Source: the human T2T-CHM13v2.0 reference genome, Homo sapiens. From it: a DNA stretch of 64,000 nucleotides. The notes beneath the pieces were generated by a model. It worked only from the letters and a program-made list of their open reading frames with translations, was not told where the DNA came from and ran no database searches. The DNA lies in NCBI RefSeq assembly GCF_009914755.1, contig NC_060931.1. One strand, written 5' to 3'. Both the position numbers and the translations under genes were made by a program. Below, piece after piece: positions 19,771-34,384 of the stretch. The stretch's first letter is position 1. Every line of letters begins with the position of its first letter.

Positions 19771-20192
19771 TAGTGCTCGCTTCCAACTAGAAACCCTCTG
19801 AGCTCCTTTTAGAGACCCGAGAGGCCTGTCTTACTGGTGTCAAGGGATCATGTTCTCCTCCCCGAGCCCCGCACAACCCCTGTAATTTTACAATACAATG
19901 CCGAAAACTCCTTTTCTATTCCTACTGCAGTTTATGCTCCAGTACAGTATTGCTCTCATAATGTAAAAGAACTCCCCTGCCACTCTCTCATCCTGCTTTC
20001 CATTCTTATAGGACTTACCACTATGTAACAGATCTCTTTATTGTCCATTTCCCCAACTAAAATGTTAGCTCCACGAGGGCACTGTTCACCACCATATCCT
20101 CATGCCTAGAACAGGGCCAGGGACATGGTTAGTGCTCAGTATGGGTTGACTGAATGAATGTGGACATTTATTACCATTCCTCCCTTTATAAG

Positions 20193-20635
20193 ATGCTGAA
20201 GACAATTCTCCATAGATTTCTTTCTACCTATCTGTGAGCAGAGGCAATGACTGCCTTTGTTTTGCAACATCTTTTCAAGGATATCTGTATAACAAACAGC
20301 TTTGGGAGACAGAGTGCCTCCTTCAAGAGAAAATGGTAGACTGCTTACTGTCCAATAAGGATCCCTAAGTCCAAGGTTCTTCTCCTCTAATACAACTCAC
20401 TGCATGCACAGGCTTTCCCTGGTCTTCTCTGCATTATCCCATAGGAACAGATACTCAGGGGATAAGCACAAATGCAAATGCACTGGCTACTGCTACTGCT
20501 GTAAGAAACTGGCCTTTGTGTCTGACCCAGGAGACTCGTGTCTTTGACCAGTATCTGTGAAACCGTGGGAGGTTAGGGTTAATTTGTTAGCCTGCAAATA
20601 AGGTAACTCTCAGGCCCCCCCTCAGTGTTTGCCAA
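20193..20635 (+). mobile_element. LTR47-like ERVL LTR
   Basis: gaagacaattctccat...gagcagaggcaatgactgcctttgtt...tcttttcaaggat...tctgacccaggagactcgtgtc resembles the recalled LTR47 consensus. Confidence 0.6.
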
Positions 20636-22225
20636 AGGAGCAAAGTGAGAGCAGGTTTGTGTTGGTAAGTTCTTTTAGGCTCTACAAAACTCCAAAAGGT
20701 TTGTCATAGTTTTCCAAGAAAAAAGGATAGTAGAGCAGTGAAAGTAAACCCTTTTCCTCAAGTACTCTCTAATCATTGTATGGGATCATCTTTTCTATAA
20801 CATCTGAGGTAAATCTGTCATTTTATTTTTCTAAAATAAATTTTTTACTTTGTGATTACAACATTGAAAGTTGGGTGTCTTTCTTTGACTATTATGCTGA
20901 GAGGCACTCCGTACACTTTCTTAACGGTCTGGCTGAGATCTTTGTTTTCACCTCCAGTTTTGAAAACCTTTGACTATTTTCCTTAACTATGTTTTCTGTG
21001 TATTTCATCTGGAACTCCTGTCATTTCAATGTGAATCACCACAATCGATTTTCTGGGTTCATTAAGTTTTGTCTGTACTGATGTTAACTGCTTCATCTAT
21101 TTAGGTTTTAGTTTTGATGTCCTTTTTTTTTTTTTTTTTTTTTACCAATTTGTGCTGCCTTAAGTAGTTTTTTAAAGGAAAATAAACATATGAGGGCTTT
21201 AATCCTCTTGAAAAATGAAACGCTAACATTTCAAGTGTGCCAGGCATGCAGTCCTCATATTCTGAGAAAGTCCATCTCACCAGGGAATATATCTTGAGGT
21301 CATCAGTACCTAGCAGAACACAGATTTAAACATTTCCATATTTAGATGAAGAAAACAGGGCAAAACTAACTAATTTTCTCAAATTAAATTACTGGCAAAA
21401 TAAAGGTGGTGGGAACCGTTAAGGTACATATGCTCATTTTGCATCTCCGAAAACAAACCAACCAAAAACCAGAAATCCGTCATTTTCAGCAGCTAGACAG
21501 TGTCTAAGGAACGCACATGTTCTTCACAAAGAGACAATTTGCTTTAAAAAAAAAAAACCCTTTAAAAATATAAATGACAATTAATTCTACTAGCTAGTTA
21601 CGATCATAGAAGTTACTGAAGTCAACACTTGGTTGTTTTTCTCTAAGTTTTCTAAAAATCAACCTCTGTGAAGAAGAAGGAAATATGGAAAAGGACAACC
21701 TCACCCACATTACAGTTTATAGTTCTGGCTAAGGCTCAAATGGCAAGTGCTTGCTCTTCAACTTAAAGTCACCTTGTGTTTGTTTTTTTTGTTTTGTTTT
21801 TGTTTTGTTTTGTCTTAATCAAGGTCTCACTCTGTCACCCAGGCTGGAGTACGGTGGCCAGATCACAGCTCACTTCTGCCTCAACTGCTCAGGCTGAAAT
21901 GATCCTCCAACCTCAGCCTCCAGAGTAGATGGGGCTACAGGCACTAGCCTAGTTAATTTTTTTTTTTTTTTTTAAGAGATGGGGTTTCAAAAAAAAAAAA
22001 AAAAAAAAAGAGATGGGGTCTCACTATGTTGCCTGGGCTGGTCTTCAACTCTTGGGATCAAGCAATCCTCCTGCCTCATTTCAGTCTCCAAAATGCTGGG
22101 ATTACAAGCATGAGCCAGTGGACTCAGCTACACCTTATGTTTTTAATACAGAAACAAAGCTTGTGTTTCAGGTACAGCAAGTAGACCATGATTGTCAAGC
22201 CTTCCATTGCCCAGTATCTCTCTCT

Positions 22226-22259
<34 letters not shown>

Positions 22260-23313
22260 AGAAGGAGTCTCACACTCCTCTGGCCAGGTGGGAGTACACT
22301 GGTACAATCTCGGCTCGCTTCAACACTGCCTTCCAGGTTCAAGCAATACTCCTGCCTCAGCCTCCCGAGTAGCTGGGATTACAGGAACAGGCCACCATGC
22401 CTGGCCAATTTTTGTATTTTCAGTAGAGACAGGTTTTGCTATGTTGGCCAAGCTGGTCTTGAACTCCTGGCCTCAAGTGATCTGCCCGTCTCGGCCTCTG
22501 AAAGTGTTGGGATTACAGGCGTGAGCCACTGCACCTGGCCTGTCTCCATGCTTCTTCCACAGCCTGCAGAACGGTGAGCCAAATGAACCTGTTTCCTTTA
22601 CAAGTGACCCAGCCTCAGGTATTCTTTTGTAGCAATGCAAAGGGATTAAGCCATTGTTTTATGTACCTTACAGGATAGTTACCAAATTCAGGAAAATTTA
22701 CATTGATACGATACTTTTACTAAATTGAAAATCCATATTCCAATTTTCTCAATTGTTCACAATGCTCCCAGCCTTTGTTTCTCTCGCATGACATTTCTGA
22801 AGAACACAGGCCAGGTATCTTGTTGAATGCCATTTAGATTGGGTTAGCCAGTTGTTTCCTCATGACTGGATTCAGGTTGTTAAAACTTTTCGGCTTAGAT
22901 ATTTCATAAATGATGTTGTGTTCTCAAAGTGTCATGTCTGGAGGCACATGACATCTATCCTTGCCTCACACATCCCCATTTTATAGTTACCATTTCTCTA
23001 TTTATAATTAATAATCTGGCTGGGCATGGTGGCTCACACCTGTAATCCCAGAACTTTGAGGCTGCAGTGGTGGGATCACTTGAGGCCAGCAATTCAAGAC
23101 CAGCCTGGGCAACATAGTGAGACCCACCTCCAGTCTCCACAAAAAAACGAAAAAAAGAAAAATAAATAAATGATTCATAGGCAGTTAATTTGAGATCACG
23201 TTCATAACTTGTTCCCTGGGAAACTCCCTCCCCTCATCCCAGATTTAGCACCCAGATAAAGTTTACTTGAATCAATTTTTACTACTAACATGACAACTTT
23301 TTTTTTTTTTTGA

Positions 23314-23454
<141 letters not shown>

Positions 23455-26400
23455 TGACTAATTTGGTATTTTTGGTAGAGACGCGATTGTGCCATTTTGG
23501 CCAGGCTGGTCTCAAACTCCCGACCTTAGGTGATCTGCCCGCCTCGGCCTCCCAAAGTGCTGGGATTATAGGCCTGAGCCACCGTGCCCGGCCTTATTGT
23601 TCTTATTTATTTTGACACTCAAATTTATCCCAGACTTGGCCAGTGGAAACCCCTCCAAGCTGGCTTCTGGATCTTCTGAAATGTCCCCAAAATATTGAAG
23701 GGGCCCTTTTTTCCCTGGCCCAGCCCCAGAATCAGTCATTTCTCCAAGAAGCCCCGGTTCACTTTAGTGAATAATAGTATTTAGAATCTAAGGTCTGGGT
23801 GGTATTGGTATTTTAACTCTAAAAAAGGAAAGATATGCTTTGGAGGATCACTGTTTTCAGATCCATTTGTGAAAGAGGTACACAAGATTCTACTTGGGAT
23901 GACAAGATTATAGGAGTTCTGAAAGAAAAGGGCACTTTGGAATGTATAAGCAAGTATCTCAGCTTGGCCAACCACTATGACTTCCTCTATACAGCTCACT
24001 CACCCTGACTGTGGAGACTAAAACACTTTAACTAAGTCTTTACAGTCAAGATATTCCATTTACTTTCTCTGACGGCATATCCCACTCTAAAAGAATGTAA
24101 AAATATTCTTCAAATTCCTTAGAAGGTTATTTGTATTTTGTCTGCTACCAAGCTGCTATGTATGGCATAAAAGCTTTCCTTTTTACTACTAACAGAAACA
24201 AGTAAAATACCAAGAGCAAGGGGATCACGGACTAAAGAAGGCAAAGAATACAGAATCCAAAAAGTCTGTTTCTAATCTAGACCCAATACATTAAAACTGC
24301 AGAGGCTAACCTTATCCAAACACAATGGCCAAACAAGTAATCAGTGTGAAATGCAAAATTTACCTGGCTAAGTTATATTAAGTGATCTGTGAAACAAAGA
24401 CATAATGGAATCTTCTTTTCTAACATAAATTTTTAAATACTTTAAGGTCTTTATCCCCAAAAGCTTTCTACTGACAAAAAGCAACTAAAGAACAAAAAAT
24501 CAAAAGTACAAATCTACCATTCAAAAAGACGGGGGGTGGGGAGAAACAAGAACAAAGGTAAAAACCATTCTGCATACACATTTTTAAAATAAAAGTCACT
24601 CGGCTGTTTCTTTTTTAAATTAATTTTTTTAATGTTGGTGTCTCACTCTGCTGCCCAGGCTGGAATACAGTGGCACAATCACAGCTCACTGCAGCCACTA
24701 ACTCCTGGGCTCATGTAATCCTCCTACCTTAGTCTTCCAAATAGCTCAGATTATAGGTAGGTAGAAACCACTGCACCCGGCCCCAGAATTGTTTCTTTTC
24801 AAAGTACAGACTGCACTAACTTGTAAATCTTCTTTCCATAGTATCATGCACACCGTACAGAGGCTTTTGAGACACAGGTTTTTAAAACCACCAAGGAGAG
24901 TCAGTGAATATAAATGACAATTATGTACTTAAGTAACAGAAACGTATTTATATATATATATATATATTTACTATTTATTATATACATTAAATAACCTAGG
25001 TTTCTGAAGTATACACATTGAATAAAGGAATACAATGGAAAAATATTGACCCAGGAGTTAGGAGACCTGAGTTCTCATGTGCAAACTCATCGTGCAACCT
25101 TGGGTAAATTAGTTAACCTTTATGGACTTTCATATTGTCATCTGCAAAATGAGGCTATTAGAGCTGATAATTTGATAATTTTTTTAATATTTCATCTGTT
25201 ATCATAAATACTTACCACTTCACTACATATCAGGAAGAAACAGACTTTAAGCTAAATAGGAATGAAGGATCTTAATAATAAATGGCCTTGAGCTCCCTGC
25301 AAGATTATTCTATCAGAAGAATAACTTGCATTTTAAAAAAGCTAACACTTACTGGAGATCTACTGTGTGAGTCAGGCACTGTGCTAAGCTCTGTACATGT
25401 GTCAACTCATGAAATCCTCATCACATGTCTCTGATAGGTATTACTGTCCCTCAGTGTGGACAAGACTTGGAGTGGTTAGTCCACCCAGGGTCACAAAGCT
25501 GGTAAATGACAAAACTAGGACTCAAACCAGGAATGACTGCAAAGTCACCTGACTAACCACCTGGAAATTTCACCTCCTAATAGATAAATCATGAGCTGAA
25601 TACATTCTTATTTAATCTCTGGCAGGTACTAATTTTTCCCCCTTTTTAGTAGAGACAAAATAGCTACAACTGGCAGCCAACCAAGAAACAACTTCAAATT
25701 AATCATGTGAACAAAGATTTATTACTTAAAGCTAATCAATCTTTCTTTTTTCTTTTCTTTTTATTTTATTATTTTTTTTGTTTTTTTTAATTTTGAGACA
25801 GGGTCTTGCTCTGTCACCCAGGCTGAGACTACAGGCACATGCCACTGTGCCTGGATAATTTTTTTATTTTTTGTAGAAACGGGGTTTCACCATGTTGCCC
25901 TGGCTGGTCTCAAACTCCGGAGCTCAGGTGATCCACCCGTCGTGGCCTCCCAAAGTGCTGAGATTATAGGTGTAAGCCACCACACCTGGTATCCATGTCT
26001 TAAAGAGAAGTATGTTTTTGGTTATATGCAATATTTCCTTTTATTTCCTTACAATAAACCAAAAGAAAACAGCAAAAGTCACAAAACCTAGAGGACTGGC
26101 AAGGATCTTAAGGGATAAAAACTGTCTTATTATTCATTCCCCTGCCTCCAGGGGAGAAGATCTCATTACAATTACCCCAGGGTAAGAACTGGGGAGCAAG
26201 TGAGGGGGCTCCCAGAGAACAGGTTTTCTGACAGCATCAGTGTTGGTTCCCAGTCTCCCTCATTATTTCACATTCACTGCATAACTCAACATAAATTTTC
26301 AAAGACCGAGTACCAACATAAATTTTCAGAGACCAAGGCCTAACAACAGAGATTCTTTCTTGCTTCATATTGGGCCACTTCAACTGGGTTGTCTGCTCAA

Positions 26401-27034
26401 TGGTAGAACAACTGTGACTTAAGTGACAATCCTCTTGATGGTTATATGGCATTTTAAGAAGCCGAGTGAATATGATCACCTACATACAAATCCATGCACT
26501 GGAAAATAGCTACTATGGCTCACTTTCATCCCTCCAGGAGCCCAATGTGGGCCTTTTCCTATATGTTCTCAATACAATTCCTCATGACACAAGCTGTCTC
26601 TCAAATAAGCTCTCAGGCAGAAAATCTCTCAGATGACCTTCAAGGCTAGAAATTGCCATTTCTGACAAGCTATGAACAATGAGGGTATGATACTACAGAA
26701 CAAACCAGGATCCACAAATAAAAGGCGCAAAAACCAAATCATCCAAAGAGATAGTCATTTGGATGGGGATGAATTTCATAAACAAAACTACCTATTTCAA
26801 TTCTCTTTATTCCTCCTATAAAGTAAACAAATTTCTCTAAAACACAATATCTTTCAACCAAAGAGAGTATTGGTTTCATATACTGTCTGACCCTCAAACC
26901 CAATTTCAGTGTCAAATCTGAGCTGATGTTCTCAAAAAGTTGACAGAAATTACAAAGCTGAGCCTATGAGCATTGGGGATCTCCTCTGTGTCTCACTCAG
27001 GCAGAGAAGAAAAAAAAGAGTATCACAACATTAC

Positions 27035-27200
27035 CCTTCTTTGATCCGACCCTGGAAGACGTACTGAAGATTTCTTCACTGTGGTAACCTTGCGGGTCTT
27101 CTTGTTGGTTTTCTTTCCTTCAAACTTGGAGAATGTGAGGGATTGGGCCCCTTGGCTGCTCTGACTGCTGGCAAAGGCCTCTTCTTCCTCCCGCTGGAGT
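27035..27200 (-). pseudogene. RABGEF1: RABGEF1 pseudo-exon (second coding exon, end of the MIU motif)
   Basis: ttgcag acceptor and gtaatg donor. Translation LQREEEEAFASSQSSQGAQSLTFSKFEGKKTNKKTRKVTTVKK, then a 1-nt deletion that shifts the following FS.SSRVGSKK sequence out of frame. Confidence 0.95.
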
Positions 27201-27869
27201 CTGCAATTCAAGAGAGGATTAGAATGATCTAGATATTCTCCAAGATTTCTCTATACCTGAAGGTTATTACTCCATTAATTCAGGAGGATCTAAAGATTTT
27301 AGACCTAGAGACTAAATATGCCAAATCAGTCTGAGGTCTCACATAGCTACAGGATGGACGGCTCTTCATGCACTACAGATTTCAAATGGGATCCTCTCAT
27401 GCTCATTCAGCAACTGCTCTAGGTTACATGAAAGAAATCAAGTCTAGTCCTTTTCCCCAACAAGCTCAGTGAAATAAATAAAGTCTAGTCCTTTTCCCTA
27501 ACAAGCTCAAGGCTGGAACAGACGAAAAGGTAAGTAAACAACTGCTACAGAATGGGACAGCTGCTACATCAGAGAGTAAAAGTTGAGTGCTGTGAGAACA
27601 CAGGAAAGAACAACGCAATCTGCTGGGGGGAGCTGATAAGGCTTTACAACGGTGATGTTTGGGTGGGGTCTTAAAGGATAAATAGGATCCTTTTTTTTGT
27701 TGTTTTTTATTGAGACAGAGTGTCACTCCATCACCCAGGCTGGGGTGCAATAGTACGATTTCAGCTCACTACAACCTCTGCCTCCCGAGTTCAAGCAATT
27801 TTCATCCCTCAGCCTTCCAAGTTATTGAGACTATAGGTGCACACCACCACGTCTGAGTAATAAGGCTGA

Positions 27870-28500
27870 CTAGGATTCTAAGTGAAAGGACATTCCAGGA
27901 AGAAGGAACTACAAATGTGCAAGCCTGTGGTTTGCTTCACAACAAGCTGAATGTAGCCAGAGCACTGGGCGTGTGATGAACTGTGATGCTGGATACACAG
28001 GAAGGCTCCAGAGGGTAGGGAATCTTGATTGCTGAGCCCACTATTCTGGATTTCATCATGTGGTGGGGAAGCAAGAAAGACTGTAAATCCAAGAAGTTAT
28101 CGTTGTCAGATCGTTGTATGTACTTTAGAAAGATCATGCAGGTAGCTGTGTGAACAACTTGAAGGGTAGAGAAACTAGAGACAGGAACAAGAAGTAAGAG
28201 TATATTATAAAGGTTTAAGTAAAAGAAAATAAGCACCTGGAAAATAGGAGTACAAAAGGTAAAATTCAAGACTTTTCTGAGTTGGAAGAAACAGAACTTG
28301 GTCAAGTTGTAGGCAGCATAGGAGATGAAAGAGAAATCAAGAATGAAACCAAGGTTTTTTAGCTAACTTGGTAAATAGTGATGCCATTAATTGACTCAGG
28401 AGAAGGGTTAGGAGGAAAATGTTCAGAATGCGGAGAATAATAAATAAAAGCAATAAATTTGGGTTTGGATTAGCTGCATGTGAACCATCTGTAATAATTC
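27870..28500 (-). mobile_element. L2 fragment
   Basis: Purine-rich degenerate L2-like text (tttagaaagatca...caagaatga...aggtttt...gtgatgccattaa). Confidence 0.5.
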
Positions 28501-28843
28501 CCAAACACAGGCGGGGTACAGTAGCTCACGCCTGTAATCCCAGCACACTGGGAGGCCAAGGCAGCCGGATCACTTGAGCTCAGGAATTTGAGACCAGCCT
28601 GGGAAACATGGTGAAACCCTGTCTCTACATAAAATACAAAAATTAGCTGGGCGTGGTAGCATGCTCATGTAGTCCTAGCTACTTGGGAGGCTGAAGCAGA
28701 GGGATCACTTGAGCCCAGGAAGCAGAGGTTGCAGTGAGTCCAGACTGTACCATGTACCACTGCACTCCAGCAGGGATGACAGAACAAGACCCTGTCTCAA
28801 AAAAACAAAAAACAAACAAAAAACTCAAGCACTATCTATAAGA

Positions 28844-28995
28844 CAGTGGTTCTCCAAGTGTGATTCCCCAGACAGCAATAGCAGCAACACCAGGCAACTT
28901 GTTAGAAATGCAAATTCTCTAGTCTTACTCCCAAACTACTAAAATCAGAGATTCTGAGGGTAAAGTCCAACAATCACTGCTTTTACAAGCTTTCC
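28844..28995. mobile_element. MER5A (hAT-Charlie)
   Basis: cagtggttctccaagtgtg...cttgttagaaatgcaaattctc. Confidence 0.75.
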
Positions 28996-30404
28996 GAGAG
29001 ATTTAGCAGGGTCACAATTAAAAGCAGTAAGAAATAGAAACAAAAATCACAGGTGGAGGTGCTAAGTCTGAGGATGGAATCGGGACACCTCTTTCTCTGG
29101 GACAGACAAGAAGTTAATATAAAGGTATTAGTACATTTTATGTAGCCAGGGGAGGAAGCTGAGAGAGTTTGTGCCTAGTGGCCTCTACTCTGTTTTCGAA
29201 ACAGGGTCTGCTACTGACAGCATGAGGCATGCAGTCGGAAGCCTGAGGAGATCATTCACGTTCTGGGTTAAAATTTTCTCTCTTTGATTGACCACAGTCA
29301 CTGAAAGCAATGTGTAATTTCTAATTCTCTGGGTTTACCACAGATACCAGCAAAGAAGTCAACTCAACAAATATTGGCTGACTGGATGAAAAAAAAAAAA
29401 AACTAGCAAGAGTTAGCAGAATTCCATTTGACTTTCTTCTGTTGAAGCAGTTTTAGAATTTCTAGAATGCTCTGGCAAAGAATTAACATTATTTATGGCA
29501 TTTTACTAGTTCCTATGCTCACTAGCCATCCCATCATTTAATTTTGTTTTGTTTTTTGTTTTTTTTTTTGAGACCAGAGTCTCACCTTGTTGCCCAGGCT
29601 GGACCGCAGTGGCACGATCTCAGCTCACTGCAATCTCCGATACCTGCATTCAAGGAATTCTCCTACCTCAGCCGCCCAAGTAACTGGGATTACAAGCACG
29701 TACCACCACATCCGGCTAACTTTTTAAATATTTTTAGTAGAGATTGGGTTTCACCATGTTGGTCAGGCTGGTCTCGAACTCCTAACCTCAGGTAATCCAG
29801 CTGCCTCAGCCTCTCAAAGTGCTAGGATTACAGGCGTGAGCCACTGCGCCCGACCCATCATTTAATTTTTAACATCACTGTATATCCAGATAATACAAAC
29901 TGCCTTTGAGTAACCTAATTTTTAAGGAATAAATTTCTATAATGCAAGGACTATGTATACGAGTCACCAGAGTTCTACTACTGTTTTATCACTGAGCTAC
30001 ATGCCATGCTGAATATAGTAAAAGAACGAGAGAAATAATGCTTGATGACTGCCATTTGCAAGCCCTGCGCTGGGTACATCATATTTATTAGCTCATTTAA
30101 TCTTCACCAGGAAATATGCCTGTCTCCATTCTTCCACTCCAAGGAATTTGTCTAAATTTGAGAACTAAGACTAACACAATCCAAAGAAAATAACCAGAAG
30201 TTAAGACAAACACAAAATGAAGAAACTACTGAAAGCTGTTCATTAAAGGTTGACTGAGAAGAAGAGGGGAAAACATCCTTTTCCTTAATATTAAACTGAC
30301 TTGCTGATAGCTGAATGCAGAAGAGAAAAAATGTATTTGCACGGTGACAGAGCTATGTATCCAGTCACATCACTGATCAACCGCCCCTAGTTAAGTCCTT
30401 TTAC

Positions 30405-30582
30405 CGTTCCACCAGCTCCCAGTACTCCTGAATCTGCTTCTGCCTGGCTTTGTGCTACTCTTCCCTCCAGCACTTGGAGCAGAAACCCTGCCAGGTAGGG
30501 TTGCCACAGTAACCACATCCTTTCTTGCACAGGATCCACATGAATTCCTCGGCGTTCAGACCTAAGGCTCATCTTCTTCCTG
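30405..30582 (-). pseudogene. RABGEF1: RABGEF1 pseudo-exon (first coding exon; A20 zinc finger and MIU)
   Basis: ATG at 30572 gives [13 protein letters not shown], then a frameshifting deletion of about 11 nt, then [42 protein letters not shown] with TAG at 30455-30457. Donor gtaaaa; tandem TAGCAG acceptor, so the exact 5' edge is uncertain. Confidence 0.93.
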
Positions 30583-30844
30583 CTAACCAATGAACAAACA
30601 AGAAAGTGCTGTTGAAAATGAATTATCATCCTACTAAACTAAAACCTTACCAGTTACGAACAAAACCTGAGTGATTCCATTATCTTCAAGCCGTAAGAGA
30701 GGGAAGGAGGGAATGAATGAGGAAGGGAAGGAGGGAGGGAAAGAGGGGAGGAAGGAAGAAGGAAAAAGTTAAATATAGTAAATTCCTGACAGTTACATTA
30801 AAGAAAGACTTATTCCCTGCCCAAAATACAAAGAACTCATTAAG

Positions 30845-32660
30845 AAAGGGCTAACATTGGATTAAAGACCTAAATGTATAGGCTTGAAACTAGAAAACTC
30901 CTAGAGGAAAACTTAGGGGAAAAGCTTCCCAACACTGGATTTTGCAATGACTTCTAGGATATGACACCAAAAGCACAGGCAACAAAGGCAAAATCAGACA
31001 AATACATTACATCAAATTTTAATATCTCTGCACAACATAGGAAGCAAATGACAGAGTAAGAAGGAACAATATACAGAATTGTAGAACATATCTGCAAACC
31101 ACATATCTAATAAGGAGTTAATATCCAGAACATAAAGGAACTCTTACCACTCAGTAACAAAAAAAACAAGATAATCCGGTTTACAAATGGGAAAAGGACT
31201 GCAATAGACAATTCTCCAAAGACATACCAACAGCCAATAATCACGTGAAAAAGTGTTCAAGATCATTAAATCAGGGAAATGCAAATCAAAACCACAATGA
31301 GATATCTCTTTGTACCCATTAGGATGGCTACTACAAAAAAAACATTTGCAGTTTTTGACGTGGTGGCAAATAAGCACATGAATAGTTGATCAACATTGTT
31401 CAATCATTAGAGAAATGCAAATTAAAACCACCATGAGATATCACTCAAACCTATTAGAATGGCCAAAATAAAACATACTGACACAGCCTGGGCAACATGG
31501 CAAAACCCAGTCTCTACCAAAAAAATACAAAAAAAAAAATTAGGCAGCGATGGTGGTGCATGGCTGTGGTCCCACCTACACAGTAGGCTGAGGTGGGAGG
31601 ATCACTTGAGCCTGGGAGGTGGAAGTTGAAGCAAGCCAATATTACACCACTGCACTCCAGCCTGGGTGACAGAGTGAGACCCCACCTCAGAAAAAAAATA
31701 AATACTGACAATACCAAGGGGTGGCAGGGATGCAGAGCAACTAAAACCCTCATACCTTCCTAGTGGAATGCAAAATAGTACAGACACTACTAGAGAAAAC
31801 ACTTCCATAGTTTCTTAAAAATGTGTAACATACAATGACCATCCAACCATGCAATCCCTCTCCTGGGTATTTCCTCTAGAGAAATAAAAACTGCTATTTA
31901 CAAAATTCTATACACAGTTATAGTAGCATTATTTGTGATGACAAAAAATGACAACTAAAATATCCTTCAATGGGTGAATGAATAAACAAATTATGGTACA
32001 TCCATACAACAGAATGCTACTCAGGAAAACAACAACAACAGGTATCAGAACACCCAACAACTTCGATGAATCTCAGAGGCTTTATGCTGATAGAAACCAG
32101 CATCTTAGTTCCTTCTGGCTGCAGTAACAAAATACCATAAACTGGGTAGGTTATAAAAAACAGAAATTTATTTCTCACAGTTCAGGAAGCTGGCAAGTTC
32201 AAGATCAGGAAGTCAACAGATGTTGGTGTCTGGTGGTTCACTGAAGGTACCTTCTCCCTGTGTCCTCACATGGCTAGGCTCTCTGCGGTCTCTTATAGGT
32301 GCACTAATCCCAATCATGAGGGCTCCACTTTCATGAACTAATCACCTCCCAAAGGCTCCACCTCCTAGTAGCATCACCTTGTGGATTAGAATTTCAACAT
32401 ATGAATTTGGAGGACACACAAAGATTCAGACCATAGCAGCCATCTTAAAAGTTTACATACTGTAAGATTCCATTTAAGAACTAGGGATAGGAAAGAATGT
32501 GACTTATAAAGGATTAGCACGAGAAAGTTTTTAGGGGTGATGAAACTGTTCTGTATTCTGATTGTGGAGGTGTTTACATAAATCTATTAAAATTTAGAAA
32601 TTTGCAGAACATTATATTCCTCCCAAATCAATTTTACTCTATGATAAAAAAAACAAAACA
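30845..32660 (+). mobile_element. Old L1 (L1M-type) ORF2 end and 3'UTR fragments, interrupted by Alu and MaLR
   Basis: ggattaaagacctaaatgt...atgacaccaaaagcacaggcaacaaa...gggaaatgcaaatcaaaaccacaatgagata. Confidence 0.85.
32102..32438 (-). mobile_element. MLT1A/MST-type MaLR LTR inserted in L1
   Basis: tcttagt...aacaaaataccata...aaatttatttctcacagtt...tttcaacatatgaattt...cagaccatagca. Confidence 0.75.
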
Positions 32661-32856
32661 AAACAAAAAAAAACCAACCTCAGCCGGGAACGGTGGCTCA
32701 CACCTATAGTCACAACACTTTGGGAGGCCGAGGCAGATGGATCACCTGAGGTTAGGAGTTCGAGACCAGCCTGGCCAACATGGCAAACCCCGTTTCTATT
32801 AAACATACAAAAATTAGCCAGGCGTGGTGGCAGATGCCTGTAATCCCAGCTACTCA

Positions 32857-33018
<162 letters not shown>

Positions 33019-34384
33019 TTAGAGAGAAGTACAGAACAGGAGACACGGATACTGACCAAGACACAACTACAGTCAAGGACTAGAGGTAACACAGTGGGTA
33101 GCTAGGTGTGGTGGCGCTTGCCTGTAATCCCAGCTACTCGGGAGGCTCAGGCATGAGAATCACTTGGACCCGCAAGGCAGAGACTGCAGTAAGCCAAGAT
33201 CCCACACCAGGGCACTCCAGCCTGGGCAACAGAGTGAAACTCCGTCTCAAAAATAAATAAATAAATAAATAAATAATCTTGCCATTATCATCCCGTGTCC
33301 CTTTTCTTCCCTTTCAAGAGAAATGGGCAAAAGGAAATACTTATTTTTTCGCATAGATCAATTATGTTTTTTAAATTTTGTACTGTTAAGTATGATAGTA
33401 CTACTCAATGTTACTAAAATGAACATAAGTTTGGGGAGTCTGCCTAGCACGTGCAAATACCTCCTGTGTATCAGGAAACTGTCCTCTCAATCCACAAATA
33501 TAAGCTGGCAGCAGCTATATTTGTATGAGGTGAACAGTCCCCCAATTCAGGGTCACAGCTGATTGCCTCCAAATGTGTTAGAGTCTTTTGCTTGGAGTTT
33601 TGGAAATGGGACTAAGTCACGGCTGTTCTCTTGAATGATGGAGCTGTGTGACATGATCATCTTCCATCCAGTGGTCTGAGAATCAGGACAGTCTACAGAG
33701 TAAAATAGACATATCCCAAGAAGCAGAGAAAAGTAGAAGGTCCTATACGTCCTGAGTGATTTCAATCTCCCAGTTCCAATCCCTGGCTAAGGTTTACATG
33801 CACGCCCATCCTCAGATTCTGAGTCATACACCCTGGTCCCCTAACTACTTTTGTCGTTTTTTCTTAAGCTGGTTCCAGTAGAGCCTATTATCTATGCCAA
33901 AAGACTTGTACAGATGCTCTTTAAGAGCTAGAAAAACATAAAGGAGTGCTCTGTGGATTACTTGGCATACAATAAAAGCTCACTATGTATTAGACAGAAA
34001 CAATAGCTCTGAGTCTAAGAAGACTGATTTGGTGTGGACCATGAAATCACAGAGATCAGTCCTATCTGCACTCCAACCCCAGCTCTGCCACGTACTGGAA
34101 ATGTAACTTTAGGCAAACTATGTAATATTTCTGAAACTCCCTTTCCTATCTCCCTCTCCAACCTCTCTGCTCCTATCATTCTCCACCTTTTCACCCAACT
34201 AAGCCTCATAGGACCTGTGCACCCATGACCTTCACTCTCTGGTGCTACACCTGTGATTATGTCACCTTACACTGCAAAAAGGACTTTGCAGATATAATTA
34301 AGTTGACTAATCATTAAAATAAGGAGACTATGCTAGATATCTAGATGGGCCCAATGAAAGCACATGAACTCTAAAATGCAGAAG

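Noticed and set aside
26287-27509. CRISPR-like or array-like direct repeats
   Set aside because: Only isolated two-copy duplications in a mammalian intron; no repeat-spacer array.
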